The position numbers and the translations under genes were made by a program. The notes beneath the pieces are model-generated. The model had not been told where the DNA came from, ran no database searches, and saw nothing but the letters and a program-made list of their open reading frames with translations. Below are positions 1 through 11,491 of a stretch of DNA of 64,000 nt, one piece after another. The stretch is from positions 2,344,987 through 2,408,986 of the forward strand of contig KV454011.1 of the NCBI GenBank assembly GCA_001661245.1, written 5' to 3'. Source of the DNA: Pachysolen tannophilus NRRL Y-2460 (lineage: Eukaryota). Positions within the stretch are counted from its first letter, which is position 1. Each line of letters starts with the position of its first letter.

Positions 1-1264
1 ATTCATAATTAAAAGTATCTAATTGTAACTTATTCATTTGAATTTTTTTAAAATAATTTGATTTTGACATTAAAAAAATTTTTAAAAAATTTTTACCATC
101 TTTATAAATTTTTAAAGATTGTATTACCCAATTTAATTTTTTATTTTGATCAATTGGTAAATCAATAATTTTTAACATTTTAATTGTTAATTCATAATCA
201 TTTTTTTTATTTTCAATTATTTGTAAAATATTTAATTTTGAATGATTAGCTATGATTATAAATTTATCATGATCAATAAATTCAATCAGATTTGATAAAT
301 TTAAACTTAAAAAATCATTGTTATTATTATTATTATTTTCAATTCCATCATTAGTTATTATTTTTTCTAAATTTTTTTCAAATACAATTGTATGATTTAA
401 TAATGACCAAATTCTTAAAATTTTATTAATTGATAAAGTTACAAGATAAATCTTGTTAAAAATTTTCATATCTAATATTGTATTAATATTAATATTATCA
501 ATTAAATCTTGATTTTTCCCCTTATTTAAGAAAAACAATTTTTTAGCTAAATTATTAAAATATGAAGAATCATTAAAATTTAAAGCACCAATTGAACTAA
601 ACATTGATTCTCTTTTAAATTCTAATAATCCACCATCTATTAAAGGAACAATAATCAAATTTTCACTTAATGAATGAATTGAAAAAGCATTTCTTAATTC
701 AAAAGAATAAGGAACATCATAATGACACCATTTTTCAATTGGAACCAAATTTTTTTCATTACCAATACCATTTTCTGATTTTTTAATAAAATCTTCTATA
801 TGGAAATAAAGAGATATAAGTAATCCATTTAAAGTTAATAAATCAATTATAATACCATCTTTTTTAACAAAAACCGATAAACAATTTTCATTATATACAG
901 TATCTGGTAATTTTAAATGGAAATTGTTTAATGTAAAATTTAAATGATTATTGAAAAGTAATGGAGTTAAAACTAATGTTGTACAATCATTTAATAATTT
1001 TAAACAAACTCGATCAATCAACCAACTTGAAGTTTCCAGTCCATTAATTTCATCGTAATCTGAAAAATCCACAAAGCGCCCAGTCTTTGTTAACTCATTT
1101 TCAAATTTAAAACGTGCATGTTCTCTACTTGTATCTTTACCGCCATCATCTTCATTATTAATTTCTACCTTGTTATAAATAGGCAAATTTATCCAAACAT
1201 CTTCAACTTCAGTTCCCAAAGCGTCATTGTTTATCACAACTTCCGAAAACGCTGCTGTCATCAT
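1..1264 (-). CDS. NUP120: Nucleoporin Nup120/Nup160 family, 5' part (runs off window start)
   Basis: Open minus-strand frame from ATG 1264 (MMTAAFSEVV...), containing WCHYDVPYSFELR...LIIVPLIDGGLLEFKR, which matches Nup120 PYDFTVR...FLEDGGLLGLKK; near TOA2/MPE1/FBA1 as in S. cerevisiae. Not in ORF track. Confidence 0.8.
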   Translation of the reverse strand, partial: MMTAAFSEVVINNDALGTEVEDVWINLPIYNKVEINNEDDGGKDTSREHARFKFENELTKTGRFVDFSDYDEINGLETSSWLIDRVCLKLLNDCTTLVLTPLLFNNHLNFTLNNFHLKLPDTVYNENCLSVFVKKDGIIIDLLTLNGLLISLYFHIEDFIKKSENGIGNEKNLVPIEKWCHYDVPYSFELRNAFSIHSLSENLIIVPLIDGGLLEFKRESMFSSIGALNFNDSSYFNNLAKKLFFLNKGKNQDLIDNININTILDMKIFNKIYLVTLSINKILRIWSLLNHTIVFEKNLEKIITNDGIENNNNNNNDFLSLNLSNLIEFIDHDKFIIIANHSKLNILQIIENKKNDYELTIKMLKIIDLPIDQNKKLNWVIQSLKIYKDGKNFLKIFLMSKSNYFKKIQMNKLQLDTFNYE

Positions 1265-1272
1265 AGACTCAA

Positions 1273-1351
1273 TCTCTCTCTCTCTCTCTCTCTCTCTATG
1301 TATGTATATATCAATTCCCCAGTTACAACACACACACACACACACACACAC
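1273..1351. repeat. (CT)n and (CA)n microsatellites in the NUP120 5' region
   Basis: Direct reading of dinucleotide runs. Confidence 0.9.
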
Positions 1352-1948
1352 TTTTATTTATATATATAGATAATTTTGTTTTACAAAAAAAAATTTTGAA
1401 ACTAGAATTATTCAAGAGCCTAAAACGAAAACAAAAAAAAAAAAAAAAAAAATCAACATAAAAAGTAGTGTTTTAATTACTAAAAGTTACAAATTTTCAA
1501 AAAGTAGTGTTTGGAAATTCTAGTGTATCCAAAAGAGGAAATATGATAGAAGTTGAGATAACAGGGGCTGTATCGTTTTTTTTTTTGCTTCTTTTTTTCG
1601 TCTCCCGTTTTTGGCAGATGAAAAGTGCAAATTCGATGGAGTTATAATTAAAAGAAGAGCAAAGACGTTATTGGGTCATGATATGGACCAAATGGGTCAC
1701 TGGATGTTGCTCAATAAGAGAAAGAAAGAAGGTCGAAGCTAAGTGTTTAAACTGAAATTTAAAGAAACTCAGGGTCCCTTGAATGGTACTCACCATTGAA
1801 AGGATCTAAATCTTTATTTTAATCGGGTAGCAAGCGGGCTTTTTTTTTCAGATCTATCCTTTCGCTATATAGCTACTAAAAAATAAAGTTGGTTTCTGCC
1901 GATATATGTAAGACTCATATTAGGATAATTGAGTACTTGCTTACCGCC

Positions 1949-1989
<41 letters not shown>

Positions 1990-2071
1990 CTTTTATATTA
2001 TCTTTGTAAATTTGGAAAAAAAATATATATATATATATATATAGAGTTATGGATTTGGAAACAATGAAGTC

Positions 2072-3268
2072 ATGGTGTCAATTACTATACAATTTATAAA
2101 AAAATTTATAAGTTGCAGACAAGGTATTTTTTTGGCCTTATTATCTCAATTTTTTGGTTCTTTAATGGTTCTTATTTGCAAATTAATAGAGCAAGATAAA
2201 GATTTTAAAGAGCCAATAAATCCTTTCCAAATTATTGCTGTTAGAATGGTTTTAACTGTTGTTTGCTGCCATGTATATGTGACATTTATTGAGCATAGAA
2301 AAATCATGCATTATCCCTTTGGTCCTCGTGAAATTAGAAATCTTTTAATATACAGAAGTATATCTGGATTTATTGGTTTATATTCTTTATATTATTCTTT
2401 GCAATATATTAGTTTAAGTACTTCGACTGTTATTAATTTCTTGGCACCAGTGGTAACAGTTTGGCTGGCATGTGTTTATCTTGGAGAACGTTATACTTTA
2501 TATGAAGCTTTTGGAGGGTTATGTTCAATTGTTGGTATGACTTTAGTTATTAGGCCTAGTTTTTTATTTCCTCACAGTATAATCACCACTAATACCACTA
2601 CTATGGATACTAATATTGAGGGGAAAAATCAAGTAGAATCTAATGATTCTCACAAGAGATTTATAGGGATTGTGGCTTCCTTTTGTGGTGTATTATCTAA
2701 TAGTTTAAATAGTATTTTACAAAGAAGTATAGGTGATAAATGTCATCCTATAATCTCTGTTCAATATTTTTCTACTTTTTCTGCAATTTTTTCCACTATA
2801 GCATTATGTATTGCTCTGAGCAGTACAAAATTTTCCATGACTCCTTTCCAAATGATGACAACTTTAAGACAATGGTTATTATTTATTGGTATAGGATTTG
2901 CAGGTTTTAGCGTTCAATTTTGTTGGTCATGGGCAATTAGTAAAGAAGAAGCAGGAAGATTAGTACTTCTTACATATTTCCAAATTGCATATTCCATCTT
3001 TTGGGAATTTGTTATTTGGGGTTATTTACCATCTTTATTGACTTGGTTAGGATTCTTAATTATAATTCTGTCTGCACTCTTGATCATATACTTGAAACCA
3101 CAAGACTCAATGTCAGAAGAAGAAATCACAAGTCTGGGTATTCTGTTGGAACCTAGTAATAGTACCATCAACAGCACAAGTAGCAGTTTTAACGATGATA
3201 GTACCGACTATGAATTGGAAGTTTTCCACATGCATGAAGATGCAGCAGAAGAAAAGGAAAAAGTTTAA
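2072..3268 (+). CDS. EamA/DMT-family membrane transporter (YMR253C/YPL264C-like)
   Basis: 398 aa, about 10 hydrophobic segments, YSLQYISLSTSTVINFLAP and YLGERYT motifs. Confidence 0.8.
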   Translation: MVSITIQFIKKFISCRQGIFLALLSQFFGSLMVLICKLIEQDKDFKEPINPFQIIAVRMVLTVVCCHVYVTFIEHRKIMHYPFGPREIRNLLIYRSISGFIGLYSLYYSLQYISLSTSTVINFLAPVVTVWLACVYLGERYTLYEAFGGLCSIVGMTLVIRPSFLFPHSIITTNTTTMDTNIEGKNQVESNDSHKRFIGIVASFCGVLSNSLNSILQRSIGDKCHPIISVQYFSTFSAIFSTIALCIALSSTKFSMTPFQMMTTLRQWLLFIGIGFAGFSVQFCWSWAISKEEAGRLVLLTYFQIAYSIFWEFVIWGYLPSLLTWLGFLIIILSALLIIYLKPQDSMSEEEITSLGILLEPSNSTINSTSSSFNDDSTDYELEVFHMHEDAAEEKEKV

Positions 3269-3545
3269 CCAAAAAAAAAAAACAAAAACTAAACCCCAAT
3301 TTTCAATCTTTTAATCATTATTTTATAAAATATTTAATCTCTTAATTTATAATCTAATAGTGTCTTTTTGCAAAACCAAAACCAAAACCTAAAATAAAAA
3401 AATAAATTTAGTCAATAATTTAATTGTAACTAACTAACCAATGTATAATAAATTAATAACCTCTGAATCTGGAAAAACCAAAAAAAAAAGTAAAAAAAAT
3501 AATTTCCTGTTAAGGGAAAACTTGGGATCACCGGTTTAATATTTC

Positions 3546-3662
3546 CTCCCGGTGGCCAAGTTGGCTAAGGCGCGAGACTGTAATTGTTCTCACCTTCAAC
3601 AATTCAAAATTGAGGGTAAAATAGTAATCTTGAGATCGGGTGTTCGATTCACCCCCGGGAGA
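3546..3662 (+). tRNA. tRNA-Tyr(GUA) with 43-nt intron (3584-3626)
   Basis: Acceptor CTCCCGG/CCGGGAG, D-arm TGGCCAAGTTGGCTAAGGC, anticodon GTA 3580-3582, TTCGA T-loop, T-run terminator after 3663. Confidence 0.95.
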
Positions 3663-3786
3663 ATTTTTTTTTATTTTTTCTTTTCTATTAATTTTTATGT
3701 AATTTTTTTCAAAGGTATTTTTATTTTTATTACTAGATAGATAGATATATTCTATATAAAAGATAATTTGGGACGTACGGACAAGA

Positions 3787-4881
3787 ATGTCAGAAGGTTC
3801 CAAGCAATTGTCGCTTAGTCAAAAGTTTGACAGTATAGTTAACGAATCTGTGAAGTTGGTGAATGATTCTTCTATAAGAAAAGATTCTGATGAATATGAG
3901 TCTAAATCAACGGAGATGGTTGAAAAATTGATTGGGTTAAAAAATAAGATTAGGCAATTATCGTTATTTAGTGATAATGAAGATTTAGAAGAAATTTCAA
4001 CTGGTGATTTAAAGTATTTATCTATTGATTATCATTTAGCCGTTTTCTTGGAGAATAATGGGAATGGAATAGAAGATAGAATGAAAAAATTAAAATTATC
4101 TAGAAATTTGTACCTTCAATTTTTGTACAATTTAGAAAATTATAATATTTTAAATAAGACTCAAAAATCAAAATTAGATAATTTTAAATCTTCATATGAA
4201 CCAAAATTATCAGAGTTAAAATCTAATGATCCTGTTTTACTTAGAAAAGAAAAATTGGATAATTTTAAATTAGAAAAAGAATTAAATGAAAAATTAAAGA
4301 TATTAAATTCTGGAAATTTTTTAGAATCTTTAGATGATGAAGTTATAAGATCCATATATGTGGACCAAGCCAAATTTTTTTCCTTGAATGCTTTTAAGAG
4401 TTTAGAACTTATAACTATGGAATTAGATTTATTATCCAATGCACCACCACCACAACAACCAAAAATTGAAGAACTTAATTCTCTTGATAAGAAGGATATT
4501 AGAGAGAAACCTTCAAGTAAAAATGATTTTTTATATACGGATAAATTAGAAACTTTAACTTCACCTTTACTTTCCAAAACAGGTAAGATTTTAAAGCCAT
4601 TTGTATTGGTTAGTGATAGGAATAAAATTGCTCAAAAGACTTTTGGTACGGGACAAGTACTTCCAAGTATGAGTGTTGAAGAATATTTGGAACAAGAATT
4701 ACAAAATGGAGGAATGGTTCAAAATAGTAATTCACAGGGAAATAATCAACAAGAAAATGATGATGAAGAAGATGAGGATAATCCATTGGTGGCTGATCGT
4801 GAAACTTATAAACTGAGAGAATGGGATGAATTTAAAGAAACACATGCTAAAGGAAGTGGTAATACTATTAATAGAGGATAA
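3787..4881 (+). CDS. TAP42: PP2A-associated TOR pathway protein Tap42/IGBP1
   Basis: LFSDNEDLEEISTGDLKYL, LPSMSVEEYL, REWDEFKETHAKGSGNTINRG C-terminus. Confidence 0.93.
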   Translation: MSEGSKQLSLSQKFDSIVNESVKLVNDSSIRKDSDEYESKSTEMVEKLIGLKNKIRQLSLFSDNEDLEEISTGDLKYLSIDYHLAVFLENNGNGIEDRMKKLKLSRNLYLQFLYNLENYNILNKTQKSKLDNFKSSYEPKLSELKSNDPVLLRKEKLDNFKLEKELNEKLKILNSGNFLESLDDEVIRSIYVDQAKFFSLNAFKSLELITMELDLLSNAPPPQQPKIEELNSLDKKDIREKPSSKNDFLYTDKLETLTSPLLSKTGKILKPFVLVSDRNKIAQKTFGTGQVLPSMSVEEYLEQELQNGGMVQNSNSQGNNQQENDDEEDEDNPLVADRETYKLREWDEFKETHAKGSGNTINRG

Positions 4882-5337
4882 TTATGGGAACTTTAATAAT
4901 GGTATATATTATAGCAATACAACGACAGTTTAAATAACAAAAGAAATATAAGAAAGAAAGCTGATAGTGATAAAAATTTTTTTTTTTTTGTTTTAAAAAA
5001 AGGAGAAACGGTGATTGGCAAAAGAGTTAGGAATATCAGTAAAAGCACATACATGGTAATATGAAAAGAAAAGAAGAAAATAAGAAAAAAAAAAAAAACA
5101 AATATGAGAATATATATATATATATATATATAAATTAGCCTAATACACATAGTCGGAAAACAACAACAATAACAAAAGTGAAGAATCATGGGGAAAAAAA
5201 AAAAATGGTGGCTACTAAACAGATTTTGAGTTTATACTTTTATATTTATAATAGTTATAATAATATAATAATTTCTGTCTTCTTCTTCTTTTTTTATATT
5301 TCATTTATTTATTTAATATTTTATTTGGTTCATATGA

Positions 5338-5996
5338 TCAAACAACATCGTTGAAAGCAGTTTCAATTGGTTTATCCATTATAGCTGCATGACCCAACAC
5401 AATAATACTGCTTACACTGATCAACCAAAAAATTGTAGCAATTGGAGAACTAATAAATAATACAGGTAAACCAATGAATGCAACTCCAGTATATAATTGT
5501 GATTGGTTTAACCTTACAAAACCTAAATTTAAATCATTACCATTTAATTTAGATATACCATAACAACTTGATATAACGAAAACTACATCAAATAATAACC
5601 AAAAATTGGTAAATAATGAATACAAGAGTAAAACCAATAAAATCAATAAATAGTTTGAACTAAAATAATTGAGATTAAACAGTATCCGCTGTTGAACATC
5701 ATTTGCTGACCTTGGTCTTGAAATTCTCTTGATATCTAAAAAATCTTGAGGTGGTTTTAACTTATGTAATCTAGATTGAAGATTTGAAATATTATCAGCC
5801 TACCAACCGCCAAAACAAAAACAAAAAAAAAAAAAAAAATTAATCTATAGTTAGTAAAAGCAAAAAGAAAAAAAAGAAAAAAAAAGTTCAATTGTGAATC
5901 CTTTATTCAAGTGTTATTAAAAGTACATACTCGCAAACTGTTAAAGTTGAAGTTTGAACTAAAAGATGAAAACTGCGCAGGAACAAACGATGCCAT
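5338..5996 (-). CDS. YIP3: PRA1-family Rab acceptor Yip3; exons 5996-5931 and 5799-5338 (175 aa)
   Basis: Intron 5800-5930 (GTATGT / TACTAAC / TAG) keeps frame; NLNYFSSNY and GHAAIMDKPIET motifs. Confidence 0.9.
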
Positions 5997-6470
5997 CTTT
6001 GGTTAAATTTTTTTTTTTATTCTTTTTATTATGATCAATTTTTTGCTTTTTTTTTCTTTTTGAAAGTTTTCCAAAAATCACAAATCGCGTCTTTCTAACC
6101 AATAAACTGTCTTAACAACTTCTCTTTACCTAGATATAGCTATAAATATCACCGTTATTTTTTTTTTAAAAACTATTATTTATTGTATATTATTATTATA
6201 ATATTATTGATTTTATCAACTTTACTTTTAATGTCCAATTATGAGGTTGTTTTTAGGCGTCATTTACACGACCACAATTTTATTAGAGAAATTTTTAAAA
6301 CTACAACGACGACGACAACGACGACGATAACGACGGTAACAATAATGATAATGATAATGATAATGATAACAAGTATATCTATATCTATAAGGGCTAAACT
6401 AGCAGTATATTTATCTCCATATAAGCACTGGTTAATTATTTATTTATTTCTTATTTTCTTTTCTTTTCTC

Positions 6471-7085
6471 TTAGGAATCACCAGTTCGTCTAGAATTACA
6501 AGCAACAATCTTAAACTTATCAACATTCACCGTCTGAGAAGAATCCAATTTAACATTGACATCTTTTATAAGAAATGTCCAAACATCATCACAGAACCTA
6601 TAGGTGTGTAAATGTCCTTTAAAAGTCAACTTTGATTTAGCTTTATCTCTAAGGTTGTCGGAAACGGCTTTATCAAACTATTTCTCTCTCAAAGAAAACA
6701 AAAAAAGATAAGATGGCGAGATGACTGTTAGTTGCTGATTAATCATTTCAAAATAATACAATTTTTATAAATTATTATTTTTCAACTTACGTTTGCCAAT
6801 ACCCTCATTGCCAACTGTGGTTGGATTCTTTGGTCTCTATTTCAAATTTATTTTTGTTAGCAGAAAAAACTCAAATCAAATAAAATCTATGAATATAAAT
6901 TTATTATACTTACAATATCAATGTATCTAAAGCATCCATAAGCGTTGTACCAGCACTATTTTATTTTAAAAAAATAAATACCCATTGTTAGTATATCAAT
7001 CAATTTATAAAGAATTATAAAATTATAATTTATCATTCACTTACTTGCTTCTCCTATAGAGTTCATAATAACCTGGTCCATTCAT
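6471..7085 (-). CDS. TOA2: TFIIA small (gamma) subunit; exons 7085-7045, 6955-6914, 6836-6791, 6677-6471 (111 aa)
   Basis: Spliced product [13 protein letters not shown]...LMDALDTLI...[11 protein letters not shown]...[16 protein letters not shown]...KIVACNS; three GTAAGT...TAG introns with branch points; 336 nt in frame. Confidence 0.93.
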
Positions 7086-7279
7086 CTTGATGGTAAAATT
7101 ATTTAAAAATTTTATTAATTAATTTTTTAAATAATAAATTTAATCAATTAATTGGTATAAATAAAGGAAAAATTTATTTTTTTGAAAAATTTAAAATAAA
7201 TTATTAATAATAATAATAATAATACCGTAATAATACCATATAATAATTATAATTAAATATTGGTTGGGTGTTAGTAGAG

Positions 7280-8563
7280 ATGTCATCGACTATATTTTAT
7301 AGGTTTAAATGTCAAAAGGAATTATCCAAGATATTTTTTGATGGTACAGGTATAACGGTATTTGATTTAAAAAGAGAAATTATTAATGTTAATAAACTTG
7401 GTGTTGGAACCGATTTTGACCTTAGATTATATAATCCTGATACTGAAGAAGAATATGATGATGATACACAAATTATTTCAAGATCGTCTGTGGTGATTGC
7501 TAGGAGATCTCCTCCACAAAGACATGGTAAGGGGAATGCTTCAAGGTATGTGACAGGTAAACCTCGTATCTTGAGAAATAATAATAATATTAGTAATATT
7601 CAACAACAACAGCAACAACAACAACAACAACAATTACAATTACAAATGCAACAACAATTACCAATAGTTTCTACATCTAATAATGTAGATCAATCGGGAG
7701 TAAATGAAGATGATAAGATTCAAAATTTTTTTTCACAACAAGATGTAGCTTGGAAAAATGAACAAGAAGTATTACAAAATCAAGAAGTTTATCATTTCCA
7801 GCGATCAAATAATAATAACAATAATAAACAAGAAGATGCTCCTCCTCCTGGTTATATATGTTATAGATGTGGAGCTAAAGATCATTGGATTAAAAATTGT
7901 CCAACAAATAATGATCCAAATTGGGAAGGAAAAAGAATTAAAAGAACTACAGGTATTCCAAAATCTTATTTAAAAACAATTGAAAGACCTTCTGAATTAA
8001 GTAATGAAGATTCAGCAAATTTAAATTATATGGTTACTGAAGATGGTAAATATGTTGTAGCATTGGCTGATAAAAAATCATGGGAAAATTATCAAAAAAA
8101 ATCTCAATTATCAACTAAATTATTATATAATTCTGATACTATTAAAGACTCTTCTTTATTAGACCCAATTACTCATACTTTATTTGATAATCCAGTTGAT
8201 ACTCCTTGTTGTCACACAACATATTCAAGATTGTCTATAGAAAATTCATTGTTAGATACAGATTTTAAATGTCCAAACTGTGGGAAAGAAGATATTTTAT
8301 TAGATAGCTTGGTGGAAAATAAAGAAGTTAATGACAAAGTAGATAATTTCTTAGAAGAACAAAATAAAAAGATACAATCTACTGATGGTACAGTACTGCC
8401 AGGGGCTGCTGCTACAGCTATAGCAAATGCTGCTGCTGCCTCTGGTGCAAAGAACGATAAGAAAAGAGTCGCGGAGGACGCTGAAGATACAGGTCTGTTA
8501 TTGGATAGTAAGAGACCAAAGATAGCATTACCTCCGGGTTTACCAGCAAGACCAGATTGGTAA
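7280..8563 (+). CDS. MPE1: Cleavage/polyadenylation factor Mpe1 (DWNN, Zn-knuckle, RING/U-box)
   Basis: MSSTIFYRFK, FDGTGITVFDLKREII, CYRCGAKDHWIKNCP, KRTTGIPK; ATG at 7280. Confidence 0.95.
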   Translation: MSSTIFYRFKCQKELSKIFFDGTGITVFDLKREIINVNKLGVGTDFDLRLYNPDTEEEYDDDTQIISRSSVVIARRSPPQRHGKGNASRYVTGKPRILRNNNNISNIQQQQQQQQQQQLQLQMQQQLPIVSTSNNVDQSGVNEDDKIQNFFSQQDVAWKNEQEVLQNQEVYHFQRSNNNNNNKQEDAPPPGYICYRCGAKDHWIKNCPTNNDPNWEGKRIKRTTGIPKSYLKTIERPSELSNEDSANLNYMVTEDGKYVVALADKKSWENYQKKSQLSTKLLYNSDTIKDSSLLDPITHTLFDNPVDTPCCHTTYSRLSIENSLLDTDFKCPNCGKEDILLDSLVENKEVNDKVDNFLEEQNKKIQSTDGTVLPGAAATAIANAAAASGAKNDKKRVAEDAEDTGLLLDSKRPKIALPPGLPARPDW

Positions 8564-8682
8564 GGAATGTACAGTATTTGTATAGCAAAATAAAAGTTTA
8601 AAAGTCATATTATTTTTTTTTCATTGTATGTTACTTTTTAAAATTAGAGCAAAAAGCAAAAAAAAGAAAATGGAAACCCCAT

Positions 8683-10126
8683 TTAAGCACCATTTCCATC
8701 TGAATAACTAATGACAGCCCATTTACCACTAGAACACCACAATTCACCTACTTCATTACCTAAACTTCTCCAATACTCGCACAATTCTTCGTTTTTACCC
8801 TTTGGTAATCCACAACAAACATCAGCTTTACATGTTCTCAATGCAAATAATTTTAAACCACTTTTATTCAAGCCATCAATAGCAACTGTAAATGGAGTAC
8901 TTCTATCCCATTGTCTATCACCTGTGAGTTTTCTATAATTTAAATCACCTTTGATGATAACCAAATCTGAATGTAATAATTCTTTATGGATCAAATTCCC
9001 ACCATATTTTGTTTCTAAAGGTGAAATATTCCAATAATCTAAATCCAATGTCCAAAATTCAGATTCTTTTAGAATTATTTTACCATTTTTCAAATGAGTT
9101 GATATTTCAGAAACCAAGAAATCCAAATCAATACGATGTTCAGGAAACCATTCAAGATTTTGCAAATCTGATAATAAAAGATGTACATCTTTAATCATGG
9201 TATCACTTACCATCCAAGGTCTGGTCTTACAATGGAAAACCACAGTATTAACCATTCCAGTATCTAACAAGAATAATGACAATATCAAATCAGTATAATT
9301 TTCAAAACCTGCATTATCCAATACAAAATCTACTCTTTTTTGATCATTTTTTTGAATGGATAACAATTGTTGCCAGGCTTGATCCAAATCGTTCGCCAAG
9401 ATATTTTTTTCTGATTTTTTCCTCAGTTCTGCACCTTGTACAGATTTAATATCTTCTAAAGTAGCATTTGCTAATAAGGATAAATCAGTAGCATTCCCCC
9501 ATAGACAAATATCAACAAATTCTCTAAATAATAATTCCAAACTATCAAGATTTGGTTTTCGGGCATCGAGTTGTTTTTTAAATTCTCTATATTGAATAGC
9601 CAATTCATAAATTCCAAAAGTTGATGACTTAAAAGTTTCTCTTTTCAAATTTTCAAAAACATCAAAATCACTCCAATGAGATTGTTTAAGAAAGAAAAGA
9701 TTTATTAATCTATAGAGATAACATTCTAAATATAACCATGGCCCAGTAAGCCAAGTTATTTCAGATTCTGGTAATTTTTGTAAAGTTTCATCGTAAGAAT
9801 TCAAACTTGGAACATTAGGTTCATTAAAAGGTTCAATTTTGGCATCATTTATAAGTTTTTGCTTTAAATCTTTCAACTGAGCAACAATTATCTTACCTTG
9901 TTCCTTTGCTTCTTTAGAATTGAATTTGTTTAACTCAGAGGTAACATCATCCACAGCATTTTGAACAATTACAGGCCATCTTTCTTGGCAAGTTTTGAAA
10001 GCGAACGATGTTGGGTCGTTATTATAATAGTGTTTTGGAACTAAGTAAATAATTAGTAACAAGTTTTAAATCTTTATTATCCAACTCAAAAGTAAAAAAA
10101 AAAAAAAACTCACCTTTAATTGACAT
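8683..10126 (-). CDS. DUF89/ARMT1-family damage-control phosphatase (YMR027W-like); exons 10126-10114 and 10040-8683
   Basis: ERWPVI, LWGNATDLSLL, LDNAGFE, KGDLNYRKL, RTCKAD motifs; intron 10041-10113 (GTGAGT / TACTAAT / TAG) supplies the ATG. Confidence 0.88.
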
Positions 10127-11491
10127 CTCAATATACAAACAAATAAATAATTGATAGTATTAGAAATAGTCATTCAACTATTCAATTCATAAAAACATCG
10201 TCGTCGTGGTATTTAAGTACTTTTCATCTCCGCTTTTGGAAGGTGTCTGGTAGTAGTGTGTCTCCTGATTGAAGAGACAAAATTCCGGGCGACTGAAAAG
10301 TCCAGATAAGAGAGAGATTGAGACCTTTGATATATCTATTACTATTGACCGGAAATTTAATTTTTTCTTTAAATTGAATTAAAAATTGACAGATTTTTCT
10401 TGCTTAATTAAGAGAGACAACCAAAAAAAGAGTAAAAAATTATATTATATTGTGTGATTTCAATTAATGGAATAAGTTTTTTCCGAATTTCCATATTTTT
10501 TAATAATTAAAACTAAAGAAACTGAAATTCAGAAAATCTTTTATCTGTGTTTGTTGGACTTTAGCCATTTCCGTTTTTTTTTTTGTTATCCCTTCCCCTA
10601 TTTTGCGCTTTCCATCGGGTTAGAAGAAAGTCAGAAGATCAGAACGAATCGAATTTTTATTTTATTTTATTTCACTTCTGATCCCGGGAAAACTAATTGA
10701 TGATATTGTTTTTCAGAACACAAACAATACAATGTTATAAGAAAAAAAAAAACAAGAGACAAAGTAGAAGGTAATCTAATTTTTTTATTGTTGTAGAATC
10801 CTTTCTCAAAAGGATACTACTTACTACTTTACTTAAACACTTTTAACCTTATAACACAAAAAAGAGTAAAGGGGTTTCGGAAAAACTTTAATACTTTCTA
10901 TTACTTTGTTTTCGGAACGAGTGCAAGGTCGGTCGGTAATCAATTTTCAATTTGAAAATCTAAGATAGACACCGCAGATTTTTTTTTTTTTTTTAAATAA
11001 AATAAAACGTTTAATATAATTAAAAAAAAGTAGAATTTGAACAACTCAGTTAACTCAGTTGATGCATACATCTTTCTATTAAACTGCAGTTCAATAGTAG
11101 AAATTATCAGCTAACACTGCAACCGCAAGAGAAATTACAGAAACTAAAAAAAAAAGAAAAATATAGAAGCTATTAGGACCTCGTGACACGCAGTAGTGTA
11201 CGCGCAACTCAAAAATATATATAAATATATATATTTATTTTCATATAAAGAGTGGTGAGGTGTAAGTGTTCTCCGGGACCACCAAACGATTTTGGAAAAA
11301 CCCCATCAGGATACAGTCAAAATATATTTATTATATATAAAGCAATAATTTAAGTTATTTTCTTATTTCAAATTATTTTTTTTTTTTATTTTCTTTATAA
11401 TTAATTAATTAATTCTTAATTTTTTATTTTTTATAATAATAATTCATTTATTTTTATAATTAGTTTACTATAATCAATTCTATAATACACA

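Noticed and set aside
3528..3803. Short ORFs over the tRNA-Tyr
   Set aside because: Explained by the tRNA gene and AT-rich flanks.
6183..6611. 142-aa + strand ORF
   Set aside because: Built from (ACG)n/(ATAATG)n simple repeats plus the antisense of TOA2 exon 4; non-ATG start.
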